The notes under the pieces are model-generated. The model worked only from the letters and a program-made list of their open reading frames with translations, did not search any database and was not told the origin of the DNA. Both the position numbers and the translations under genes were made by a program. A stretch of 64,000 nt of DNA, taken from a virus. Below are positions 1-8,712 of the stretch, in pieces. Positions within the stretch are counted from its first letter, which is position 1. Each line of letters opens with the position of its first letter. The stretch is from the IMG/VR virus record IMGVR_UViG_3300025154_000052, positions 64,001 to 128,000 of that record; one strand, given 5' to 3'.

Positions 1-30
1 ACATTGGGCACTTGCCCCACGGTGGTAAAA

Positions 31-396
31 TCATTTTTCCTCCCGGGTCGATTCGATCCGATCACAGGTTCGGCAGAGCGCCAGCCCGTCATAGCGCTCA
101 TGAGTCTTGACCGTACTGTCCACATTGAGCGGGACGGTACGAGCCGTGATGGGACGGTTACAACGAGGGCAATGATCGTTGGGTACCGGGCCCACCCAGC
201 GACAGCCGATGAAGTCCATGTAGATGGGGACGACGGCCTGGAGCGCATCGTCCATGGGCTCACCCGGGCACTCAGTAGGCAGACTGAAGTCCTCCAGCCC
301 GTCACACACCCTGCAATGGTGGACGTGCCCATCACAGTACGGGCAGTTCCCGGGACTGCAACACTGGCCCTCACATTTGTGCCAAATGTGGTTCAC
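31..396 (-). CDS. Cys-rich hypothetical phage protein
   Basis: ORF 31..444; GTG at 396 overlaps the upstream stop (GTGA coupling); multiple CxxC motifs. Confidence 0.6.
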   Translation of the reverse strand: MNHIWHKCEGQCCSPGNCPYCDGHVHHCRVCDGLEDFSLPTECPGEPMDDALQAVVPIYMDFIGCRWVGPVPNDHCPRCNRPITARTVPLNVDSTVKTHERYDGLALCRTCDRIESTREEK

Positions 397-1208
397 GCCA
401 GCACCTCCACCACGATAAGTGTGAGATTGTCGGAGGGGTCGCATTCGGCCAGCCGCATGCTGGAATCAGCAACCGAATGACCTACCAGTCGACGACCGAT
501 CTCGTCGTCGTCGAGTTTCCCATGCAGTCCATCGCTGCACAGAAGGAACCGGTCGTGTGGCTCAACGCGGATAGTGGAGACGTCGGGAATCCCGTCGCCA
601 CTACTGCAACCGATGAGCCGCCCGAGCCGGTGCCCGATGCCGTGGTCGATGGTCAGCCTGTGCAGTTTTCCCCACCGCGCCAGGTAGCAGCGGGAGTCCC
701 CGATGTGAGCGATAGTGGCCTTGTAGCGACCGTCAAAAAGCGACAGTCGCAGTGCTACGGCTGTCGTGCCCGGTGCCTTGGACCATCCCTCACGGGGAAT
801 CGCCTTGACCGCTTCGTTTGCCCGGCGAAAACCGAACCGCAGATTGGGCGCGCCGGAGATATGCTCGACCGCTACTCGGGAAGCCTCCTCCCCTTTGGCA
901 TGTCCTCCCATCCCATCGGCCACAATGAATAAGCCGGTAGTACTGTCAGTGTGAAAAGCGTCTTCCTGGTTCTCACGCTCGCCAAGAAGATTCTCCGTCG
1001 ACACATCCAGGAACATAGTGTTGGGATTTCTCAGGGCGTAGACATTGTCCTTCACCCCGAGAACTCCCTGCGATGCCAGGGAGTCGATGGTCTTGGTGTC
1101 GACCCAGCACCGCTCGTCTGGGCTAGAGAGAAGGACAAGGTTTGCCTTGACCAGCCGACAAGGTCCGCGTCGGATCAACTGCAAGGCCGCGGCAGCATTC
1201 GAGTGCAT
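393..1208 (-). CDS. PP2C/PPM-family Ser/Thr protein phosphatase with ~60-aa N-terminal extension
   Basis: Motifs RENQEDA, VADGMGGH, GTT, HIGDSR, LLCSDGL, DNLT; GGAGG RBS and promoter upstream. Confidence 0.92.
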   Translation of the reverse strand: MHSNAAAALQLIRRGPCRLVKANLVLLSSPDERCWVDTKTIDSLASQGVLGVKDNVYALRNPNTMFLDVSTENLLGERENQEDAFHTDSTTGLFIVADGMGGHAKGEEASRVAVEHISGAPNLRFGFRRANEAVKAIPREGWSKAPGTTAVALRLSLFDGRYKATIAHIGDSRCYLARWGKLHRLTIDHGIGHRLGRLIGCSSGDGIPDVSTIRVEPHDRFLLCSDGLHGKLDDDEIGRRLVGHSVADSSMRLAECDPSDNLTLIVVEVLA

Positions 1209-1235
1209 GTTTCACCTCCAGATAAGTCTGAGGTA

Positions 1236-1278
1236 AGAATAACATGACCGTGCATACTGATCAACTAGTATTTTAATC
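1236..1278 (-). promoter_or_regulatory. sigma70-type promoter with GATTAAAAT upstream motif
   Basis: GATTAAAAT-N5-TTGATC-N17-TATTCT on minus strand. Confidence 0.7.
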
Positions 1279-1287
1279 AATACGCAA

Positions 1288-1734
1288 TCAGAACAAGGAA
1301 AGTTGAACGACAGCAATAGATGGTAGTGCGGGCATGGGAAGAGGAAGGATGTTCGGTGACTGCTCTTGTCCAGATATATGCTGCTGGCACAAATCCCACG
1401 ATTCGTCATCCAAGGGAATTACGCCAGCCAGCGCAGCGACACAGATGAAGTGGGCCACCGCGCGTTGTGACTCCATGCCTGGCATTCGTCGTGACATGAT
1501 AACGCAACATGACCCTCGCCCTGGGGTTACCTGCCTGACGACTTCCCCTCCTTCAGAAGCCGCTATCACGTCCAGCGCCTCCCAGGAGACGAGAGGTTGC
1601 ACCGTGTTCCATCTGTCGATTGCCTCCCGTGCCCTGTCTCGGCTTCTGCCACTGTAAAGGATGGGGCGATAATTCTCGTTCGGGTACGCTCCGAAGTGTC
1701 CCGGCGCCAGTTCATGAATGATGTAGTCGCTCAT
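1288..1734 (-). CDS. hypothetical protein
   Basis: 148-aa ORF co-oriented in array. Confidence 0.6.
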   Translation of the reverse strand: MSDYIIHELAPGHFGAYPNENYRPILYSGRSRDRAREAIDRWNTVQPLVSWEALDVIAASEGGEVVRQVTPGRGSCCVIMSRRMPGMESQRAVAHFICVAALAGVIPLDDESWDLCQQHISGQEQSPNILPLPMPALPSIAVVQLSLF

Positions 1735-1736
1735 CG

Positions 1737-1922
1737 CTAATCCTTGATCTTGGGCACTCGCTCAGCGGGGAGTGTATCGGCTGGGATGATGGCCATGCGC
1801 TCGATGGAGACGTAGTTGTCACCCTGGCTGCTGTTGTGGATCAACTCGTACAGCGCCCGTGAGAGCGACATCCGGCAGGCGTGATCTGGCCGGTTGTACC
1901 ACTCGCCATGCCTGAACCACAT
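1737..1922 (-). CDS. small hypothetical protein
   Basis: 61-aa ORF abutting neighbours. Confidence 0.5.
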   Translation of the reverse strand: MWFRHGEWYNRPDHACRMSLSRALYELIHNSSQGDNYVSIERMAIIPADTLPAERVPKIKD

Positions 1923-1940
1923 GTTGAGTAGTCCATTCGT

Positions 1941-1999
1941 CGCTCAAGAAGGCCGATACTTCTCCTGTGAAGCCGGCGCAGTATCGGCCTTCTTGAGCG
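1941..1999. repeat. perfect 20-bp inverted repeat, 19-nt spacer
   Basis: cgctcaagaaggccgatact (1941-1960) / agtatcggccttcttgagcg (1980-1999). Confidence 0.9.
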
Positions 2000-2037
2000 C
2001 TACCAGTGCTGCTTCAGCGGTTTGGAACTGGATGATC

Positions 2038-3558
2038 TCACGCCTCTTCATACTCCTCAACCTCGTGAATGTTTGTGCCGAGCAGACCCAGTTGGGCCTG
2101 CTCGCGAATCTGGTTCACCTCTCTCAGATACGCGAGTGCGTCTTCTTCGTTCACGTACTTGGTGCGCACGAGTACGTTCTCAAGTGCGTCATACAGGCCC
2201 GCACGTCGGACGGAAGTTCTGTACGACGCTTCAACGTGAAGCAGGTTCCGAATTCGCTCGTACTCCATGGGGTCGCTGCAGCACTCCTTGAGAAGCCCCA
2301 GCGCGTCTTTCTCAAAAGGAATGTCTACAGGTCCGAGAATGTCTCGGTCTGGATAGGGATGTCCAATCTCTTGCTCGTAGATACCGGGTAGGAGGTCTTC
2401 TATCTCGTGTTTGTCGAGCACCCAGATACGGCGGATTTCCCGAAGTTCATCCATGGAGATCAACTCGAGCCGTTCGCCGGCCGGTGCGTATTCGCTCACC
2501 TCGCGTTGAGTGCGCAGGAGTTTCCGTAGCCAGTCGGCTCGAGCCTGTTGAGTATATGGACCGGGGATCGTTCGGTCGTGGAAGAGTTGCACGCGGCCAT
2601 TCATGCGCCTGAAGTCGCGCAGATGGCGATCCTTCTGCATGGCCAGATCGTCACGCAAGCCAAGCAGTGGTTCCATCCACTCCTTTTCCGTGTCGTGCTG
2701 GATCATGGCAGCCATCGACTTGTCTTTTTCGACCAGCGTGCAGACCCAGCACCCGAACCGGCTCGAGCCGCATGACGGCGTTCCCGTATCGACTACCAGT
2801 GGACACTCTCCGGAGTCAGATCCCGCCGCGTACATCCTGAACAGTGCCCGGTTGTGCCACCCCCACGGGTTCGGCACCTGGAAGAGGAACGTCCACACAT
2901 CGTCGTTAGACCAGTCCTCGATGGGCGAGTAGACCCATGAGCCGGGTAGCGACTTGTTCGGGCTCAGGCGGTCACGTATACGCCCTTTCTCGGCTGCCTC
3001 CATGGTACGCCGGCGACTCGCACTCTCAGCCTTGCGAGTACCCAGGCACAGGATGGCCTCACCATGACGGCTGACGACGTTGGTGATGAACTTGTTGGAT
3101 GGCTTGATCTTCAGCCGTTCGGTACACCAGCGCATACCGGGCATGCGAGGGGAGCAATAGCCCTTGCCGATCAGGCATACCCAGAAGCTATCAAGCAGCT
3201 CCGGAGTGAGTTTGTGTGGCTTGATGGGCATTCCCTGCTTGTCAGCAGCAACGCCCATCTGCTCGAGCGACTTACCAACCCAGGCAGCGACCACCGGGTT
3301 CTCGACAAGCGTGTCTGTGCTGATGACGTGGACTGGCTTCTTGATGTCGGCTCGAGGCAGTTTGGCCAGCGCCGTCCAGACGAGTTGTAGTGTCGCAGAG
3401 CTGTCCTTGCCTCCGCTATAGCCCAACACCCATGGAGTGCCATCCTCGAGGTACAGGGTGCGGATCTCCTCCTGCAGGTCAGCGATGGACTGGGCCAGGC
3501 TTACCTTGTCAGACGATTCTTCTTGTTGCAGAAGCGATAACTGACTCATCGATCCCAT
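2038..3558 (-). CDS. dndC: DNA phosphorothioation sulfurtransferase DndC (PAPS-reductase family)
   Basis: PWVLGYSGGKDS, VISTDTLVENP, RWCTERLKIKP, LGTRKAES, ECPLVVDTGTPSCGSSRFGCWVCT, GPYT: all DndC hallmarks; probable start 3549. Confidence 0.92.
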   Translation of the reverse strand: MGSMSQLSLLQQEESSDKVSLAQSIADLQEEIRTLYLEDGTPWVLGYSGGKDSSATLQLVWTALAKLPRADIKKPVHVISTDTLVENPVVAAWVGKSLEQMGVAADKQGMPIKPHKLTPELLDSFWVCLIGKGYCSPRMPGMRWCTERLKIKPSNKFITNVVSRHGEAILCLGTRKAESASRRRTMEAAEKGRIRDRLSPNKSLPGSWVYSPIEDWSNDDVWTFLFQVPNPWGWHNRALFRMYAAGSDSGECPLVVDTGTPSCGSSRFGCWVCTLVEKDKSMAAMIQHDTEKEWMEPLLGLRDDLAMQKDRHLRDFRRMNGRVQLFHDRTIPGPYTQQARADWLRKLLRTQREVSEYAPAGERLELISMDELREIRRIWVLDKHEIEDLLPGIYEQEIGHPYPDRDILGPVDIPFEKDALGLLKECCSDPMEYERIRNLLHVEASYRTSVRRAGLYDALENVLVRTKYVNEEDALAYLREVNQIREQAQLGLLGTNIHEVEEYEEA

Positions 3559-3839
3559 GGCTCCGAGCCAGCCCGCTCCGCGAGTTCTGCCTGGTAGGTT
3601 CCGTATACGTCCCGGCTCACCATGATATAGGCGCGGAGTATGTCGACAATGGCCACCTGTGCTTCTGTAAGGCCTGTCAGAGCGTTATCAACTAATATCT
3701 CGATCAATGTGTCGGGTGTTATGCTCAGCGACGACGCCAGGGCGTCTAGGTGCGCTTTGAGCCGCGCTACGAACGCGGTCTCGAGCGGCTCCAGTGATTG
3801 GGATGGCTTGTTGCGAATGTGGTGGAGTAGAGTGGTCAC
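3546..3839 (-). CDS. small protein, possibly ribbon-helix-helix-like, translationally coupled to dndC
   Basis: GTGA/ATGA overlaps on both sides; LDALASSLSITPDTLIEILVDNAL helix pattern. Confidence 0.55.
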   Translation of the reverse strand: MTTLLHHIRNKPSQSLEPLETAFVARLKAHLDALASSLSITPDTLIEILVDNALTGLTEAQVAIVDILRAYIMVSRDVYGTYQAELAERAGSEPWDR

Positions 3840-4666
3840 GGGTTGGTTCCTTTCGCCAGATTCGCACTGATGGCCGGTCGTGCCCAGAGTCGTTGAAAAC
3901 GAGCCCATTCTTGAGAGACGTTCCCATGTCTGTTACGCCAAACCATGGCCATGGGCCAGAAGCCTGCGTCAACCACCTGTCTCATCCGTTTCTCGGCCGC
4001 TTCAAACGTATCCTTGGCATACCCGCAGAGCACGTATGCTCTCAGGTGATGATTGTTGCGACCATAGCCCGCCTGTTGGAACAGACGACCAGCATCCACC
4101 AATGGCTCGAGGTCGTCGGGCGTGTCGTAAGCGAAGAAGACAGATTCGGGAGCCAGCTTTCGGATCTCTTCCACATGCCAGGGCTGAAGTTTCGCAGCCT
4201 CGAGCCCGCCCGTAAACTCGGCACGGTGACCGACCCGCTTCTGTCGGTGAAGCATGGCGAACACCGCCCTGATGTGCTCCTCAGGGCATGCCAGTAGGTT
4301 GTCGTCGAGGATATTCCAGCCATCGGTGATGGCGAGTTCCCGTAGAGCGCCCTCTCGTTTTGGGACCGAACAGAACCAGCAGCGATTCGGGCAGCCGCGA
4401 GACGTGATGACGTAGCCTGGCTTGAGGTACATACCGGGTGTGAAGTTTCCGCCACGCTCACCAGTCGCTGGCCCACCTATTCTGACCGGTGCGACGTGCC
4501 GCCAGAGATTCTCGAGTCGCTCGGCCACCGGGAGATCCCAGATAAACGCCACGCTGATGTGAACCTCGTCGGCTTCGTCGAACAGGCCTGGCGGGCAATC
4601 GACGCGCACAAGGGCGTCATTCGGTGTGGCTGTGGTTCGTCTCGGGAAGAGTCGGATGATTTTCAT
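3836..4666 (-). CDS. radical SAM domain protein
   Basis: SRGCPNRCWFC CxxxCxxC motif, LDDNLLA, FTGGLEA. Confidence 0.85.
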   Translation of the reverse strand: MKIIRLFPRRTTATPNDALVRVDCPPGLFDEADEVHISVAFIWDLPVAERLENLWRHVAPVRIGGPATGERGGNFTPGMYLKPGYVITSRGCPNRCWFCSVPKREGALRELAITDGWNILDDNLLACPEEHIRAVFAMLHRQKRVGHRAEFTGGLEAAKLQPWHVEEIRKLAPESVFFAYDTPDDLEPLVDAGRLFQQAGYGRNNHHLRAYVLCGYAKDTFEAAEKRMRQVVDAGFWPMAMVWRNRHGNVSQEWARFQRLWARPAISANLAKGTNP

Positions 4667-4681
4667 GCTACTGCACCGAGT

Positions 4682-5191
4682 TCAGCGACCTTCGCCGTCA
4701 ATCTTCGCCTTCCACTCCCACATCTCCATCTGCGTGGGCAGTGGAGCGAGTGGGCGAAGACGGGATCGAGTCGATGTGTAGTTCACGGCGTGCTGGACAC
4801 GTTCGAGAATGGTCAACTCCCAGCGGCGGTCAGACCGGCAGTCCTCGGGCTTGATGATGAGACAATCATCACTCTTTCGCTCGAGGATCGACCACGCATG
4901 CTGGTTGATGACCACGATGAGCGGGTCCTGCCACACCTCGCCCGTGAAGGTGAGCCCATCCATCCCGGCTTCAAAGAACGCGTAGCAGGGACGAGAATAG
5001 GACTTCGGTGGAGGCTCGGACCACGCCTTCTTCCCCTCCAGCAGATAGCCAAGCAGGCCACCTCGAGCGCTATGGCTGGCATCCATGGCAAAGAAGATGG
5101 GGTTGACTGGCTTGCCTTCAGCCTGCCGCACCATGAGCCACGTCTGGATCTTCTCGTACTCGGCGCTCATTGCAGTCTCCGCACTGGACAC
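4682..5191 (-). CDS. hypothetical protein
   Basis: 169-aa co-oriented ORF. Confidence 0.6.
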   Translation of the reverse strand: MSSAETAMSAEYEKIQTWLMVRQAEGKPVNPIFFAMDASHSARGGLLGYLLEGKKAWSEPPPKSYSRPCYAFFEAGMDGLTFTGEVWQDPLIVVINQHAWSILERKSDDCLIIKPEDCRSDRRWELTILERVQHAVNYTSTRSRLRPLAPLPTQMEMWEWKAKIDGEGR

Positions 5192-5424
5192 CTTGGCTTG
5201 AGGTCACAGTTTCCGCACCGGCCCGTCTCGGCCAGTTCTTGACATGATGGCTCGCTGTCGTCGTCCATCAGCATGTCGATGTCAGGCACATCATAGCCAC
5301 GCTCCTTCAACGCCTGGGTGACGGCGTCCACACCCAGTATCTCGATGATCCGATTGGCGAGCTCCACGCGGGCATGGTGGGCCTCGAGCATGACGGCGAC
5401 TGACTCAGTGGTGATGGGCTTCAC
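5167..5424 (-). CDS. hypothetical protein
   Basis: 85-aa ORF, GTGA-coupled to upstream gene. Confidence 0.6.
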   Translation of the reverse strand: MKPITTESVAVMLEAHHARVELANRIIEILGVDAVTQALKERGYDVPDIDMLMDDDSEPSCQELAETGRCGNCDLKPRCPVRRLQ

Positions 5425-5846
5425 TTCCCCTCCACGACGGCGAGGAAGGCTTCGGTCTCTGAGAAGCGTGAAAAATTGGCCCGGGTCGCTCGAGATATAA
5501 CCTCCTTCCGTCGCTGCTCTGGTGTGAACGTGCCGACGTAGATACGATCAATCTCTTCCTGGGAGAGAGCGCGCCAGTCAATGGAGCGTAGACGGTGGCG
5601 CACATCCTGTTCGTACTTTTCCTGTTGACGTATTCGCTCGAGCCGCTCCAGGTTTTCATGATAGCGCTTCGTCGTCGATTCATTGATCGGCTCGAGGGAT
5701 TCCCCTCCACCGTAGCGCCTACCCATCGACGTGAACCGTTTACCGTCTACGTACATCTGGCCCGATGGTGTGATGCGCTCGATAGTGCCGACACTCTCGG
5801 GGTCGCCATGACCCATGTAGACCTTGTCACCGACTTTCCAACTCAC
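5421..5846 (-). CDS. hypothetical phage protein (KOW/SH3-like N-terminus)
   Basis: WKVGDKVYMGH...GTIERITPSGQ pattern. Confidence 0.6.
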   Translation of the reverse strand: MSWKVGDKVYMGHGDPESVGTIERITPSGQMYVDGKRFTSMGRRYGGGESLEPINESTTKRYHENLERLERIRQQEKYEQDVRHRLRSIDWRALSQEEIDRIYVGTFTPEQRRKEVISRATRANFSRFSETEAFLAVVEGK

Positions 5847-6144
5847 TAGTTTCCTCCTTTCTCATCTCCTGCCATCGCAACAACGTGTCGATGGCATCCT
5901 GAATGTCTCGGGTGATGTCTTTGCCCCCACCACGTCCACCGGCCACCAGCAACTTCTTGATGGCGTGCTGAAGGCATGGGTCAGTCACGCCGAGCAGAAG
6001 CAGCACGCAAGCAGTCGAGTCCTTACCACCGGAGAACGCGACGATGATCCGGTCGTAATCGTCAAACAACCACGGCGGCATTACTTCGGGCGGTTCTGTT
6101 ATCAGCGACAACTGCTTCGGCTTCACGTCAGCCCCCATACACAA
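5827..6144 (-). pseudogene. chimeric ORF: PAPS-reductase N-terminus fused to the C-terminus of an unrelated phage protein
   Basis: IIVAFSGGKDSTACVLLLLG joined directly to VTDPCLQHAIKKLLVAGGRGGGKD...WQEM. Confidence 0.7.
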
Positions 6145-6152
6145 CTGAGCTG

Positions 6153-6195
6153 AGTATAGCAGGCTGGTAGCAACAATTCAACGGGTATTTGATTG
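6153..6195 (-). promoter_or_regulatory. sigma70-type promoter with CAATCAAAT variant motif
   Basis: CAATCAAAT-N5-TTGAAT-N17-TATACT. Confidence 0.65.
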
Positions 6196-6236
6196 ATTCT
6201 TGAGAGTTGAAGGCGGGCCGGACGTGTAGTAGCCGT

Positions 6237-6467
6237 TCATGGCTGCTTCGGGCGGGTGGACCATCGCCGCGTTCGTCGGCTTTGTGTCAACTGCTTGCGG
6301 GCACAGTCGCTACACTGCCTGGAACGGCCCTGCCGCAGGCTATCCCCTCGCACGAGGTGGATGGTTGCGCATGCCAGGCAGCGGCATTGGAATGTTTGTT
6401 CGCCAATGTATCGGAGAACGTCCCAGCCAGCAATACTGGTTCCTTCGAGTTTACGGCGATGGTTCAC
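6237..6467 (-). CDS. small Zn-ribbon hypothetical protein
   Basis: CRCLAC...CSDC motifs. Confidence 0.5.
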   Translation of the reverse strand: MNHRRKLEGTSIAGWDVLRYIGEQTFQCRCLACATIHLVRGDSLRQGRSRQCSDCARKQLTQSRRTRRWSTRPKQP

Positions 6468-6469
6468 AG

Positions 6470-6733
6470 TTACTCCACGTTGGTTTTGGTACAGTCGGCG
6501 ATGACCTCGCCCTTCTCATCGAAGTACCGGATACGCCATGTGGGATGACAGTTCATCGGGTGTTTGCCATGTTTGAGTCGGTTAGCAAACATCACGTCAA
6601 GGTTGGCGCTTTGATTCATCCCGATGATGGTTCCCACATCCCCATCGACTTCGACCATCATTCCAAGCCGGGCGAAGTCGATGCCCCGGCATCGTTTCAT
6701 GTCGTCGATGAATTGTTTTTCCTTCTGAGTCAT
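6470..6733 (-). CDS. conserved phage hypothetical protein
   Basis: GMMVEVDGDVGTIIGMNQSANLDV...CHPTWRIRYFD; start reassigned to ATG 6733 with GGAG RBS. Confidence 0.65.
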   Translation of the reverse strand: MTQKEKQFIDDMKRCRGIDFARLGMMVEVDGDVGTIIGMNQSANLDVMFANRLKHGKHPMNCHPTWRIRYFDEKGEVIADCTKTNVE

Positions 6734-6776
6734 GAGATCTCCAAGGAGGCAAGGTTTATCCGGCCAGGGAAGACGG

Positions 6777-7103
6777 TTACCAGATATGAATGCCAATGTG
6801 CCACGACGGCTTGACGTCCAGTCCGAGCACATCGGCGCACTTGGCCAGGGCGTCCAGATGCTCAGGCTTGATCGGGCTCGGATCTGCCGTCATCTCGACG
6901 TGTGGACCGAATACCGTGTCTTCATCGCCTTGGTACGCGGAGCCGATTTCCGCGTACCACCAGTTGACCTCGAACGTAGCTTTCAGGAAGTCATCAAGCG
7001 AGTCTGGGCCGTCGTCGATGTCGAGCTTCGCGCAGATCTCATTCAGTTGCTCAGCCGTGAAGCGGAAGCCATACTTCACCACTGCCGTGTAATCGATGCT
7101 CAT
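6777..7103 (-). CDS. hypothetical protein
   Basis: 108-aa co-oriented ORF. Confidence 0.6.
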   Translation of the reverse strand: MSIDYTAVVKYGFRFTAEQLNEICAKLDIDDGPDSLDDFLKATFEVNWWYAEIGSAYQGDEDTVFGPHVEMTADPSPIKPEHLDALAKCADVLGLDVKPSWHIGIHIW

Positions 7104-7113
7104 CTGATTCCCC

Positions 7114-7311
7114 CTACTGGTCCACGCCGATGATGCTCATCATCTCGGCAACGAGGTCTCGAGCCGCCCGTTCGACGTCCGCGGATGACGGCTTGTCGAG
7201 TTCGCCGTCGTTGTCTACATCAACGGCGTCGATCATCTCCTGAATGGCTGACTCGGCCGCGTGGCGAAGCGCCTGATCTTCCGTACTCGTCGTCTGTGCT
7301 TTGAAGTCCAT
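7114..7311 (-). CDS. small acidic hypothetical protein
   Basis: 65-aa ORF with AAGGAG RBS. Confidence 0.6.
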   Translation of the reverse strand: MDFKAQTTSTEDQALRHAAESAIQEMIDAVDVDNDGELDKPSSADVERAARDLVAEMMSIIGVDQ

Positions 7312-7411
7312 AGGCTCCTTTCGCTGTTGGTAGGTTCAAGGGATGCTCCGTAGCGCCAGAGCATCCGGTTGAGCCTGCCTTTGTACCATTCTCCCGACGC
7401 CGGGAAGATGG

Positions 7412-8152
7412 TCAGTCGTTGTGGCTGTAGTAGGTGTCGTAGTCGTCCGGGTCGGTATCGGGAACGATCACGATGGTTCCGCCCGCGTACATCTGGAAGA
7501 GGCGCCGAGCGAAGCCGTACATGGCCGTGGGGAGGAAGTCCTTAGTGGACTTACTGGCATACCCGCCGAACCAGATGAACTGTAGGGAGTAGCCGCCATC
7601 GGACTTCTGCATGTGCAGATGGATCTCGCAGTCATTGACTTTGGTGATGGACTTCTTGCTACTTGAGTAACTGGAGATGTCGCGCTTGTGGGGAGCAGGA
7701 TTCAAACCGATGCTTAAATTTTTGTCTCCCTCGATCTCGATGAGCAGCCCGATGCATTCCGCATCGTCACGATTGGTGTCGTCCGCCTTATCTTCCTTGT
7801 AGGCGTCGATCAACTCCTGAAGGGCGATCGTCTTCGGGGGAGCCTTGAAGATTTCCTCCAGCCGCTTGGTGAGTACCGGGTGAGTCTGCTCGGTCACGTA
7901 CCGGTTGACGGCTCCCTCGACGAGATGTCCCATACCCAGCATGGCGGTCTGCAGGTTGACCTTGATGAGTTCGATGCCGATGGCCTCTTCGACCTTCTTG
8001 GTGAGAGCCTTGCCCATGTCGCCGTAAGGGCGAAGTGACTCGACGATGACGCCCTCGATGGTCTTCTCCAGATGTTTGGCCACCAACTCGCGCACCTTAC
8101 CGGAGTCGACCATCTTTGCCAGTTCATCTGCCACTACTGCGTTGAAGTCCAT
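7412..8152 (-). CDS. hypothetical phage protein
   Basis: 246-aa helical ORF with GAGGA RBS. Confidence 0.7.
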   Translation of the reverse strand: MDFNAVVADELAKMVDSGKVRELVAKHLEKTIEGVIVESLRPYGDMGKALTKKVEEAIGIELIKVNLQTAMLGMGHLVEGAVNRYVTEQTHPVLTKRLEEIFKAPPKTIALQELIDAYKEDKADDTNRDDAECIGLLIEIEGDKNLSIGLNPAPHKRDISSYSSSKKSITKVNDCEIHLHMQKSDGGYSLQFIWFGGYASKSTKDFLPTAMYGFARRLFQMYAGGTIVIVPDTDPDDYDTYYSHND

Positions 8153-8190
8153 GTGTTCCTCATAACTGAACTGTTTACTGGAAGTGTTGC

Positions 8191-8712
8191 CTACTTGGCG
8201 AAGTGCGCCGTGACGATATCGGTCATGGCCTTGGACACTGCCGCCTTGAACTCATCGCGAAGTGCGTTGATGATCCGCTGTATGTCGAGTTTGAACGTCT
8301 CGCTCACCACATCCGTCATGACCTTCTTGGCCACGTATTCGGCCCGGGGAATAGCCTTGCTGCCGTAGTTGTGGACGTCGGGATTACCTTTGCTATCCAC
8401 CTTCACCGCCCACCATTCCCTGGCAGCATCCACGAACATCTGCCGGATCGATGTGGGTTTGCCGTTCTCCTCGCCCCACGATGTGAGCGGTTGAAACCGC
8501 CCCTCAAGCGCTTTGGTCGCCTCGTCGTTGATGATGGCGGTAACCTTCTCACGAATGCCTTCGAGTGAGATACGCCGCACCTCGTCCCGGACGTCCCGAG
8601 CGCTATCATTTCGGTACTCTTCGACCAGAACAGTCACCGCGTTGTCTACAATTCGGTCGATGATGTCTTCCTTGGAGATCCCAAGTGCTTCAAAGTCCAT
8701 AATGTTCCTCAT
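8191..8712 (-). CDS. hypothetical phage protein
   Basis: 173-aa helical ORF. Confidence 0.7.
   Translation of the reverse strand: MRNIMDFEALGISKEDIIDRIVDNAVTVLVEEYRNDSARDVRDEVRRISLEGIREKVTAIINDEATKALEGRFQPLTSWGEENGKPTSIRQMFVDAAREWWAVKVDSKGNPDVHNYGSKAIPRAEYVAKKVMTDVVSETFKLDIQRIINALRDEFKAAVSKAMTDIVTAHFAK

Noticed and set aside
2038-3558. Complete host-type Dnd restriction-modification island
   Set aside because: No dndA/B/D/E or dndFGH in the window, and the flanks are phage early genes.
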